From Podarcis vaucheri (lineage: Eukaryota), in assembly GCA_965113315.1 (NCBI GenBank), contig OZ220368.1: a stretch of 64,000 nt of DNA; one strand, given 5' to 3'. Position 1 is the stretch's first letter. Each line of letters opens with the position of its first letter. The notes beneath the pieces are model-generated. The model saw only the letters and a list, made by a program, of their open reading frames with translations, had not been told where the DNA came from and made no database searches. Positions 12,754 to 23,978 of this stretch are shown one piece after another. The position numbers were made by a program, and so were the translations under genes.

Positions 12754-13161
12754 GAATGGAAACAAAAGTCAATTCTAGGAAAAACCCTTTTCTCCAAGTG
12801 AAAATGTCACATTTTCAATCCATTCTAGTCATCTGGATTATTTGGAGTCTAGTAGTCTAGATGATTTCTGATCTCTTGTTCATGATGCGAAAGCTCAAAC
12901 AATTAGAGTAGACCCCCAACATAGCCATAAATATTTAAACCAACTGCCATTTAAAAACTGGACTATCTCCAATAATAATTTCATTTCTAACCCTGCTATA
13001 GCAACATGCACCCACTTACTAATTAAAATATAGATATATAGTAAAGTTACCCATGTAAATGAAAGTATAAACTAAGTCAAGAGACCACAGCAGAAGAAAA
13101 GCCAAGAGCATTTAGTTAAGAACAGTTCCAAAACAAGATAAATGTATTATCCATAACCTAC

Positions 13162-13285
13162 CCTTTGGTCCACAGGACTCAAACCTTGTGCAGTTTTCCC
13201 CTTCTTACTATGTTGTAAGTTGTCACAGTCATATTCCACTTCAGGTTTGCTAAGATCACGGCAAAATGTACATATCCAGTCTCCA
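13162..13285 (-). CDS. TRIM33: TRIM33 exon 16 (end of PHD)
   Basis: tttag|[41 protein letters not shown]|gtaggt; 124 nt. Not in the ORF track. Confidence 0.95.
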
Positions 13286-14086
13286 CTAAAAATGGGGGAA
13301 ATATAGTTCAGAAATTCAGGCATTTTTTTGTACTAGTGTGCTGAAAAATCTACAGGTAGAAAATCCATTTTTTTGTAACTAGAATAAATTATATTATGCA
13401 CAGGTCCTATATGGTTGTCCTGTTTGCACATTTTCCAGGCAGGAATTACATTCTTCCTACATACATCCTATTTCTTCAAGAAATGGGAAAGAGGCACTGG
13501 GAAGACCTGGCATGTTCAGGGATTGAAGCCAACAGGAAAGTTTCATGGAGCCCAAAGGCTCTAGACTGTACAGGTTCCTATTCTTGTCTAACACTGACAT
13601 TTAACCTCGCCTTGATCCATGTGCAGAGGACAAAAGCGCTACCAATCCTTCCTCTGTCCCCAGAAATTACACAGCCCATCAGTTGCCCTACAAAGCGCCT
13701 CCAACTGGTAGGAGCTGATAGGTAGGGAAAGACAGTGACTTGCTCTTTTACCGGCAGGTTCCAAACCTAATCCAGGTGGATCCCACCACTGCCTCCTGTT
13801 GAAACCTAGAAACAGATCTCTTCATACTTGTCCTCCTTACTAGACGCAGAATCATGCCTGCTTGGCCCAGCCCAGATGCCACAAACATGTGGTGCATAGC
13901 AAACACTGAGGCAAATGCAGCCTCCTCAAATTTGCCACCCCGATAGGCAGTTACTGGATGGTTGTCCATGAAGGAATACAGCCCTAGGGCTGAAAAAGGC
14001 TTCCCATCCCTGCTGTTGGCTGACAGAAGATAGCTGATGCTGCTATCTCACTGTGACTAACTCAATGTTCCTGTATGTTTTCATAC

Positions 14087-14433
14087 CTTGGGAAGCTGAG
14101 GAGAGTGGGTACATGACATGTGAGGTGGAAAACTTTTGGGCACTTTTCGCAACATAACAGGTCTCCTCCATTTTGGCACACAGCACACCAGTCTTCATTG
14201 GGATCTTCATCTTTGTTGTTGCCTTCTCCTCCAGATCTAGCTGATCTATGCATGAGGCTACGCACTGGGGACTTGCCATTTACAAGACTGTGTCCGGACT
14301 GTTTGCAGCTTTCACTCAAGTCCGCTGGTTCAGTTTTAACATGGTTTTCTATACTTCCCAGTGCTTCCAATTCACTCTCCAAATGCAAGTTTGTGGAAAG
14401 TGGTGGAGTCAAGCTGCTCTCAGGACTGCTAAG
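14087..14433 (-). CDS. TRIM33: TRIM33 exon 15 (start of PHD finger)
   Basis: ttcag|[13 protein letters not shown]...[39 protein letters not shown]|gtatga; 347 nt. Confidence 0.97.
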
Positions 14434-14460
14434 CTGAAATAAAAGCAAAAGATTAAAATC

Positions 14461-15092
14461 TGTGAGAAATTGCCTTGGGTAGGAGACTGCTGCCTTTTCC
14501 ACCTTCCTTTCTCTGCTCCCCACCCCCTTCAGCCCCTGCCTACCTTCTTTATTATAACATAGGCAATCTAATCTGTCCTCCATGTCTCTCAAACCTGTAC
14601 TGGTAGGAGTTTTTTTCCAATTGGCAAATTGGCACCGGCCTCTTGGTTTTTTTCGCCTACCTCGAAGCAACTGTCACAACTTTGGTGGTATTTGGCGGTT
14701 AGGCATTGGAATGTGTTGTTGCTGTTTGGGAGGGTAAGGTGTGGCCATTGCCTAGCCCTTCAATTTTGGGTATTCCGTTAAAGGAATCCGGCGGTCGTGG
14801 ATCCCGTCCGATGCCTGTGTAGCGGGGGGCCATGGCACGACCCTCGGTGACATCAGGGGAGAGCTTATAGTTGTATTAGCATCAACAGGCTCCTCCGACT
14901 GGTGGTTAACCCCTCTTCAGACTCACCCCTCTCCGAGTGGGTGGAGTCCAATTTTCCGTGGTCCAATGCCTAAGCCAATACCTTCTCACATGCTGTAATC
15001 AATAAAGTTGTGGCCTTTTCTTGCCCATTAACCTAATATACCGTGTCCACGTGTTTTTATTCCCCAAGTGGGGATCGGGTCCTCGAATCACA
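14461..15092 (+). mobile_element. Solo LTR (632 bp)
   Basis: Ends TGTGA...TCACA; 4-bp flanks AATC/AGTC (one mismatch); AATAAA at 15001 followed by GTTGTGGCC; richer in GC and CpG than the flanks. Confidence 0.75.
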
Positions 15093-15901
15093 AGTCACAG
15101 TTACATTTTTTTTTTCTTTGAATGATTTGTACATCTTACTGACCTTTTACAGTTGCATTCTCAAAAATTGATAAAACATTTTTTTTAAAAGATGAAGCTG
15201 GGGTAGACTGTAAACAAAGAATTTCAACAAAAGGGAAATGTCAACATGCACATGCATGTGCAGACAATTCTCAGACAAGTTGTACAGTTTTCAGTGCACT
15301 ATATCTGGTAGATATTTTAACAAGCTTAAAATATTTTGAAATAGGAGGCCTGTTTTGAATTGTGCAAGGGGATGGGAACCCAGCAATATTGGCTCTACAC
15401 AATTCCTATGGAAACTAGGTACTGTATTGCTTGCTTACTCTGTGCCAGAAATTACTAATTTTGAAGGGTCATCTCTGACGTGGCAAATCTGTTTCAAACT
15501 AGTCCCATGTGAAACTCTCCAAATAACTCCTGAGTTAGAAAATGAGCATTGGAATGACTACAAGCCTACTTTTTCTATAACGTATTATAAAAAATCTAAT
15601 AGTATCATCACTCTTGGCCACAGAAAAGTAGCACTGTAACCTACTGCACAATAACAGCTGAGGAGGAGGAGGGAAGCAGTGACCCTCATGGTGTTGGGAA
15701 GCCAGGAGAGCAACTGAGCCCCACCTGTATCACCTCACTGGCCAATACTGCAATGTAGGGAGAGAGAGAATTGGGCAAGCCCTAAGGGGGCAGGCTTGGG
15801 AAGTAACACAACTTTTCTAAAACAATAAAATATAAATGCCCTCAGTTCTCTTTGCTGATAGTTTGTATGATAAATTGTACAACATACAAATAGATTTTTA
15901 C

Positions 15902-16061
15902 CATGCAAGCGCTCCTCCTGCCATCCTCTGTTTTTTCTTGCTTCACTGGTCCCGAGTAACTGCATACCTCTTCTTCTGTGCCTGGTTCCTGTTTAACTTT
16001 CACATGTTCAGGCTTGAAACTAATATTGTTCTTTTCCACAGTTCGGCCTGATGAGCCACAG
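15902..16061 (-). CDS. TRIM33: TRIM33 exon 14 (VKQE motifs matching the psi-K-x-E SUMO consensus)
   Basis: tccag|CGSSGRTVEKNNISFKPEHVKVKQEPGTEEEVCSYSGPVKQEKTEDGRRSACM|gtaaaa; 160 nt. Confidence 0.95.
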
Positions 16062-16678
16062 CTGGAAAGCAAAGAGATTAAGCACACATTTTAAATTGCA
16101 CTTCAAAATGCTAGAACTAAAATAATTAAAAATTCCATATAATTAGTGAAAGCAATTGTGCCCGTAAGTGGATAAAGCACTTGGTTAGGAGGCATCATAA
16201 CCAAGTTGGTTTTTACAGCTGTAGAAGTGGTTCAAAATTAGAGAGGGAATGGATTTTTAGCACTTTACCAAACATAAAATCAGTATTTCCTAAATATCAA
16301 ATCTGCCTCTGTCATTAGAGTCTGGTATGGAGAATCTTTTGAGAGAGATATACAAGCTGTTCAAATTTCAGAAAAATTGCTCACTGAAATTTAAACATTC
16401 TAGCTAGAGGAGTTAGGGTCTTGTTTCCTGATCTTTTTTGCTGATAAAAAGCATACCTTTCAAAAATCCAAGTATACCACTGAAGAGTCCCTTTCATTGA
16501 CTTCATGCACTGTTTTTAAAGTGAGAAATTCAAGACTTCTATAAGTTTGGTAAGGTGGAAATTCCCTTTCAAGAATGCAGAGCTGATTTTTCCTCATCAA
16601 CGCTTGCTTTTTTAGATGTTCAATAACCACAGCTCTTACAAGAACCCCAACGCAGGGGCTTCAGTTTACACAATAAGG

Positions 16679-16814
16679 CAGGCTTCCTCAACCTTGACCC
16701 TCCAGATGTTTTTGGCCTACAACTCCCATGACCCCTAGCTAGCAGGACCAGTGGTCAAGGATGATGGGAATTGTAGTCTCAAAACATCTGGAGGGCTGAG
16801 GTTGAGGAAGCCTG
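16679..16814. mobile_element. hAT-type palindromic MITE
   Basis: TIR CAGGCTTCCTCAACCT/AGGTTGAGGAAGCCTG; 8-bp TSD CAATAAGG/CAATAATG. Confidence 0.9.
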
Positions 16815-18100
16815 CAATAATGCATCTTCCCTCTCCTTCCCCAGCACTCTCCCCTCTGCCTGGTGGGTGGTGATGGTCAGCAGAACCCCCAGAACAGCAG
16901 GAGGAGAAGGGAGGATAATGCCATCTGGCAAGCTGAAAGGCTTTCACTGATGGAACTATCAGAAGAGCGCAATACTGCATTCCTCTTATTGTACTTTCAC
17001 ATATTGTGCTAATTTTCAGCAAACGTTTCATGCATTTCCCCTTCATGTTTCAACCCTCTAGATTAGGAGCAACGATGAAGTTAAGAATCACCACAGTGGC
17101 AGTGGCCCCCTTGCTGCACATTGGCCCCCTACATTCCATATAGGAACAGACTAGTTCACATTCAGGAACAACAGGCTATGTAAGGCATAAATAATAACTT
17201 TGGTGGTCTTACTTTTGCTTCAACATACGCAGACAGGGCTCTAAAGCATGAGGTTCATTATCAACCTTTTTATATATAATTTAAAAGCATATATATTATT
17301 AAACATTGATTTAGAACTTACCCCAAGTGGCTGTTCTCCTAACCTGTACAGCAGTGATCGGAAACCTCGAATCTACCAGTCTCTCCACAGGTTCTACCTC
17401 CTCTTAGGCCACTGTTTCCCCATAGTTGACCTACTACCTTCTGATCAGCTAAGCAGCATTGGTGGTAGTGAAAACTGTGAAGTGGGGAGATTTAAACCTT
17501 CCCTTCCTGAGATCCCCACATTTATTAGGTAAAAACAGAGGAGCAACAGGGAAGAAGGGACATGGCTGAGTCCCCCTGCCCAGCTGCCCAGGGAAGAGAA
17601 GAGCAATCTTCCTCCATGAACCGCTTGCTCAGTTTCCATGCTGAGAAAGAAACTGCCTCAGTGAACAGCTCAGAAAGCAAAGCAAGGTATGTGTGTGTGT
17701 ATGTAGAGATATAGACACATACACACAAAACACACACATGTGAATCCTTTGGCCCTATTTAATTGGTGTTTTGGCTCCCTGCCACCCATGTTCTGTCGTC
17801 AACTACTCTGTTCCCCTGTGGTAGAGGATAGAAGTGGCGGCTGAAAGACCAAAAGAAAGTGTGTGTGCATAGAGCCTAAACTGTAAACGATCAAAACACG
17901 AGAGAATATATAATGCATTTCCTCTTCATGTGGTGCAGTGGTCAAAATTGGAGCTTTACAATTTCCATATTTTTTAGCACATGATTTTTAAAAGCCTCAA
18001 TGTGCCTCTTAAACGGGATTTTTAAAAATCTTGTAATATGCATTTCATTCTCTATACACTTCAATAACTTAGTAGCTGGTTTTGAAGCCATTCAACTCAC

Positions 18101-18164
18101 CTGCCTCTACTGCCCGTGCTGGAAGTACTAGGTGGCCTCACAGGGGTGTGTGAATTGGATAAAC
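18101..18164 (-). CDS. TRIM33: TRIM33 exon 13
   Basis: cttag|(G)LSNSHTPVRPPSTSSTGSRG(S)|gtgagt; 64 nt. Not in the ORF track. Confidence 0.94.
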
Positions 18165-19553
18165 CTAAGAAGGATGAATCATTGTTTACACCAGCAGCAT
18201 GAGCTGTATAACTGCACATCTACAGTGATGCAAGCGATATCCTATGTATCAGCACAGACATTACCACTGGTAATAAAATAATTCAAAACTTCTACATTCA
18301 ATGTTATTTCACATTAATTAATCTCACAATTTCCCCCGTTAAATGAAATAGTTGCTCTGATTCCTTACGTCTTAAGTCAAGCCCTAAATTATATCTAATC
18401 CCAATTATTTTATACTGATGCAACTATCATAAAAGAATATTAATGACTGCACATTAACCACAAAGATATGATACATTTAAAGAGAACCTACACTAATATA
18501 GACAACCCTGGGAATAATCAGAGACAACTGAAAAGGTTGGAGTGCAGAGTAAAACGGGCCTGAATGCTGATTTACTAGCAATACATTTTTAAAGAGACCT
18601 TACACACTGTGAAGTATGAAGTATAATTCAGAGCAATTTTAGTGCTGCCATTTGTCCAGGTGTGTAGAGAAAGGTCTATAAACCCAGTTTCTCCTCCTCT
18701 CGTGATTTTGCACTTACTTCCAACATTCCACAGCAGTGGCACAAATAGGCAAGTTATGCTAGACTGAATTTTCACAGTGGCAGATGAATTTCAAGAACAG
18801 GACTTCAATTGCACTCTGGCACAGAATATTACACAGCTGCAAGACTATATAAATAGTACAGAAGCACCAGAGCATGGAACAGATATGAAAAGAGATTGCT
18901 GTTCAGCTCCACACTAGCCATGACAATTGCACTCATTTTATAAACTATTGTTGTATATTATGATATTGTGATTTTATTGCTTTGGTTTTCTGGAAACTGC
19001 CTTGGAAACAATGACGATGGGTGGTACAGAAAACTTAATTTTAACGCTCACAGGATTAAAGCCTGTAGTCAACAATGCAATAGTTGCTGGTATGTACTTT
19101 AAAACTATTGGGCTCATGAGCCACAATAATACTGTTTTAAATCTATTTCTACTTGCGACTTGTTGAGCAGGAATCTTTTTGCTGCACAGACTGGGTTACA
19201 CTTTCTAGTGAGCTGGTAGGAGCTGCTGTGCTCCTTTTTATAGCCCTCTCATTTACAGGTTATTTCATGAAGGGGAAATTATTTCATGCATAAAAATTGG
19301 GCTAAATCACAGCTACATAAAAGGTACAGACACTGGAAGAGAGAAAGACGTGCTCATCAGCATTATTGCAGAGGTTACTAGAAATAACTGGATGAAATTA
19401 AAAACAGGGATGTTAAGACCTGAGAAAATGTACTGGAAACATCAAATTTCTTTAAAGTATTTGGAGCAGTCATTATTAAAGTTGCTGGTTGCTTTAAGCA
19501 GGTCTCAATTTAATCAGATATGTACAGATGCCCACTGCCTCTTCCCAGCTTAC

Positions 19554-19686
19554 CTGATGAGCCTGGAGACAGGGCTGAGGGTCCAGGGGAGGGATTCATA
19601 CTGCTTATAGGCTGAGGGGGTAGATGGCTGCCTGCGATATACCTACTTAGTAAATTATCTAAGTTACTGGAACCAGCATCTTCCAG
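19554..19686 (-). CDS. TRIM33: TRIM33 exon 12
   Basis: ttcag|LEDAGSSNLDNLLSRYIAGSHLPPQPISSMNPSPGPSALSPGSS|gtaagc; 133 nt. Confidence 0.95.
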
Positions 19687-21106
19687 CTGAAATAAAGGAG
19701 GACAGCCACACAGTGATTCTGCCAAGTCTAAATGCAGCATGCTAGAAATGACAGCTTGAGGATCATCTGTATTTTCACTGAAGGAGTTTAAAGCACTAGC
19801 ACTTACTCACATAATAAGGGGAAACAAACAGATTTTGCCATATTTGTATTTGCTATATTCCTGCATGTATAATCAAGGAGTCTAGGAAATGACACGCCTA
19901 CAAATTATTAATAAACTTTAGCATAGAATATTGTAGCAAAATCTTAGAATTCAATGAGTTTTAAGAAGCAAGCTTATTTCAAACTCACGTTGTCAATACT
20001 GATGCATAGGTTTGTGTCAGAGAGAGGTCTACATTCAGAACAACTTCCACTCTCTGCTTACGGAACTCATTCATTGCACCTTATATTTTACTCACAAAGT
20101 TGCCCTGATTTGTATGTTTTAACTATCTTATTCAAATATAGGACAATAAACATAGACAGGGAGAAACCATATGCTTTCAAAATTACTAAGAGGGTTGCCA
20201 CTAGAAGAATGGAAAATATATCATATTTTTTTAAAGCTGATCAGGGCGGATGGCAAAAATAGTTTAGGATACCTGATCTAGTTTTAAACAAGAATACATT
20301 TATTTTGTAGTAGGGCTTTTCCTTCAAGTAAGGTCCAAGGGTAGCACTGACCCATCAATAATCAACACTACGGGAATGTCATGTAAAAGTGGGCAGGGCC
20401 CAAATGAAAAAGATTGTGTGGCCTTTTTGTAAGGACACAGTTTAGGGAGGTTGTGAGGGAGTTACAAAAGTAATTAAGTGAAACCCCCAAATAAAACACA
20501 CATTTTGACATGATAGTACAAGTGTTTTAGAAGTTAAAAACACACTTTTAATGGACACATTTGGAAAGCCTTGTGTATGTGCTTGTGGGCTGGGAACAAA
20601 AAACCTTGCGGCATCATTGTGGAGGACCCACAGAAGCATATGGGGGGTGCTGATTCATTAAATGACAAGGGAGAACACAAAAACATCTTGAGGGAGCCAT
20701 GTGGCCCATGAGTTAGGAATCCCTATCTTAGAAGACACACAGCTGAACTGAAAACATTTCCTGCATTTTAGTTTCAGTGCAGAATAAATTCAGACACAGC
20801 TTCCCAAAATCGTAAATGCTGCTCCCCAGCAAAAAAAAGATTCTAAATAAGAATACTGATACTAAATGGTGTAAAATGAAATGAAAGAGTGAAGCAGATT
20901 AGGAGGAGACACAGTGATTTGTCCAGTGAGTTTCACAGCTGATTAGAAAAACAAGACGGTTCTGGTCAGTTTATGAGACGATGACCCAAGTCAAATGTAC
21001 CTTTTCAATACAGTTTTTTAAGTGTTGACATCAAACACACAATTAGTATCTAGAAATTATGATGTCATATTATTAGCTTTCAACTGATTTCATATAGCTT
21101 GCTAAC

Positions 21107-21307
21107 CTGTATAGGAGGAATATCTGGCAAGGAAGGCAGATTTTCTGGGTTGGTTACTGATGGAATAAGCTCTATTGCTGCTACAGATGGGCTTGTTGGA
21201 CCACGGTTCGCATTGGCCATGGTGGCTGTTGTAGGGCTTGTTGGGTTGATAGTATTATTGTGCACTGAAACAACTGGGAAGGGACCTGCATGTCCTGGGT
21301 TTGAATG
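21107..21307 (-). CDS. TRIM33: TRIM33 exon 11
   Basis: ggcag|HSNPGHAGPFPVVSVHNN...LPSLPDIPPIQ|gttagc; 201 nt. Confidence 0.95.
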
Positions 21308-21894
21308 CTGCCAAGACAAAGGAGAGGGGGAAGCAAGAGAGAAAATATTGTTATGATAAGAAGCAAACTCTTTCCTATGCAAAACTGGAAATTTTCAAAG
21401 CTTGTTGCTTTCCTGCAATTCTCTCCATGAGTTTCCCATTGCTGATAATTGTTTTAAACCTTCTAAAACATTTTGCATTTTATTCACTTTTTTATAGGTC
21501 AGAAGGTTCCATAGAAATTTTAAGCATAAACTTTTTATCTTCTTTTTAAAACCTTTTTGCAAGCTTTCTACTCCCCCTCAATCGGAGAACGTAACAAATT
21601 ATTCCCATATTAACATGCTGGTTATCCAGCCAAAAGGCAATAAAGTTGTGAAAGGTAAAATATGGCTGCAAGTGCATTTCATTAGATGCTCCATTAGCTT
21701 AAATACTCTGCATGTGGCTAGTAATATCCAAATTTTTACAAGATTCCTATTATGCGGCTCTTTAAACAGCCAGCAACACGGAAGTAGATGTCCCTTTCAA
21801 AGAGGTTTCACAGCTGATATATATACATAGAAGGCGAGCTGAATCAAAAGTCCAGAATCAAAGATGGGAAACAAAATGTGCACACAGCATATAC

Positions 21895-22053
21895 TTGTCT
21901 TTGTAAGTGTGGCTGCATCATGTACTGGGGCCCGTTGTGGCGCGGTATCCCTGGGAGACGAGCAGTGTTCTGAGCCATTCTCATCTGGTGGGCTTGGAAA
22001 GCACCGCAATTCATTCCCCTCTGCATGGTCTGCATACTTATCAACCTCGGAGG
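21895..22053 (-). CDS. TRIM33: TRIM33 exon 10
   Basis: gtag|PPRLISMQTMQRGMNCGAFQAHQMRMAQNTARLPGIPRHNGPQYMMQPHLQRQ|gtatat; 159 nt. Confidence 0.95.
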
Positions 22054-22257
22054 CTACAAAACATTATGTATTTTAAAAGATGAGATAAAAGCAGTCCTCT
22101 TTGCCAAGTGAAGTAAATGAAGATGCATCTTTGTGCTTTACAAGACAGCGCTGTCAATCCTACCTTAAACTTTGTGGAGTAAGGTAGAACTCAAAGTGCC
22201 AAAGGTGCACTTTAGTGTCTACAATGAGTGTCTTAATTTAGATCATCTGAAACTTGC

Positions 22258-22505
22258 CTGTTGCTGCAGCATCTGTGGGCCTGGCTGGCGAGGAATCTGC
22301 CCTGCAGGCTGCCCCATCCTCATCTGTTGTAACTGCTGGTGTTTTTGTTGTGCGTACACCTGCTGTTGCATATGCTGGAGCCGAAGCTGTGCAAGATTGA
22401 TTTGCGGTGGAGGTTTGCTGATGTGGTTTGTTCCCGGAGGAACTTGTCCCACTACTACATTAGGAGTATAACCTTGGGTTGGTTTGTTTTCAATAACAAT
22501 ATTAC
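22258..22505 (-). CDS. TRIM33: TRIM33 exon 9 (Q-rich middle region; GC donor)
   Basis: tttag|(G)[27 protein letters not shown]...PQMLQQQ|gcaagt; 248 nt. Phase 0 joins exon 10 (PPRLISMQ). Confidence 0.93.
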
Positions 22506-23854
22506 CTAAACAACAGGAGAGAGAATTCGTCAATCACAAAGTTATTAATTTTAAGCTAAATGTTAACGGTCTAGAAGTTTTACACTATGTACACCCTAGC
22601 TTCACAGCAGCTAAAAAGTTAAAAATAAATGTACTTTTAATCAATATATTCAGAGACTGGAAATTATTTGCCACTTCCTTATTGGCTTTAAATAAGATAT
22701 TGGTTCTGATGCACCCATATCTTACCTTAGTTTTATGCATAAAGATACAGCACAATCAACGTCATGCAACACATTTTTGCAACAAAGTAATTTTGTGTCA
22801 TCAATAAGCATTCAATATTTTATGAACTCATTTCCAAAGCATTAGAAGGAAAAAGACCTAAATACAGAGTAATTATTGCTTGTGCATAATATGCAAATTA
22901 CATATTGTAACTTTAAGCATTCTAGAGATTTTTAAAGGAAACACATTTAATACTTAAGAGACTAAAAGATGAAGACAGAAAATCATACAAATATAGCTCT
23001 GTAATTTTTACATCAGAGGCCTTTTGCAAGTGGTGTCCGGGTTATGGAATATCCTCCCCATAGACAATTGCCTAGCTCCCAGGCTGTAGTTTTTTTGATG
23101 CCAGGTAAAAATCCTTCCCTCAGTCTTTTCATTTTTAGAAACATGTTTAGGTGCCTTGGGACCATTAGAACATTATTCTGGTTTTTGCTGGCTTTATTTG
23201 GATCATTTAAACTTATTTTTTTATTTTATAGCCATGCTGTATTTTATGTGGGGTTTTTTTTTATAAAAAAGTAAGATAATTTACTGTTTTCTGTTAATGC
23301 TGTAAGTGTAAAACAAAACCTCAGAACATTTATAATCATTATAGGATAATAGGGGCCTTGTGTTTCTTTACATGTAAGAGTCTTTCAATTATAATCACAT
23401 TAAACAAATTATCTTTCTGATTCAACTAAACCGGCACGCTAGCAGAAGTCAGCACAAGGGCTCTCAGTAGTGCAACAGGGCTTTCCCCTCACCACCCTGC
23501 CACCTCCTCCAATTCCACTCTGAAGAACTGGGAGAACCCCCAGAACATTGTGCGGAGGGGAAGGAGGTGATTGCTGAAATGCTTCAGAAGACGGAACAAT
23601 CAGAAGAGTGCAAGGTTTAATTCCACCCCTTGTCTTGTGCAGTGATACTGAGTTGAAATACTGCAGTGTCCCTTAATTCAGAACTACACAACAGCCAGCT
23701 ATGTCCTTGCTATCAAAGATTAAGTTGAGCAGTGAGAGATGCTTGCAAAGATGCTTGAAAGTTATTTGTAAATAAGACCACGCTGTTTAGCAATATGATT
23801 TTTCTGTTTCATCCTTCAAACAGGAATTTGAGTGATTCACAACTTTGACACAAA

Positions 23855-23978
23855 TATGGGGAGACTGTGATCCTCCAGATGTTGTTGGGACTCCCTCTCA
23901 CCAGCCTCAGCCAGCATGGTCAAGTTCAGGAATGATAGGAGTTGTAGAACACCTAGAAGGCTATAGGTTCCCCATCCC
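23855..23978. mobile_element. Degenerate hAT MITE related to the copies at 16679 and 55685
   Basis: CCTCCAGATGTTGTTGGGACT...GAATGATAGGAGTTGTAG...GGTTCCCCATCCC. Confidence 0.6.

Noticed and set aside
13748-13969. 73-aa minus-strand ORF in intron 15
   Set aside because: Not needed for the TRIM33 frame (exons 15 and 16 join in phase); any resemblance to a TE protein is too weak to call.
14434-14670. N-terminal extension of the 202-aa ORF upstream of exon 15
   Set aside because: Runs through the polypyrimidine tract and the solo LTR; not TRIM33-like.
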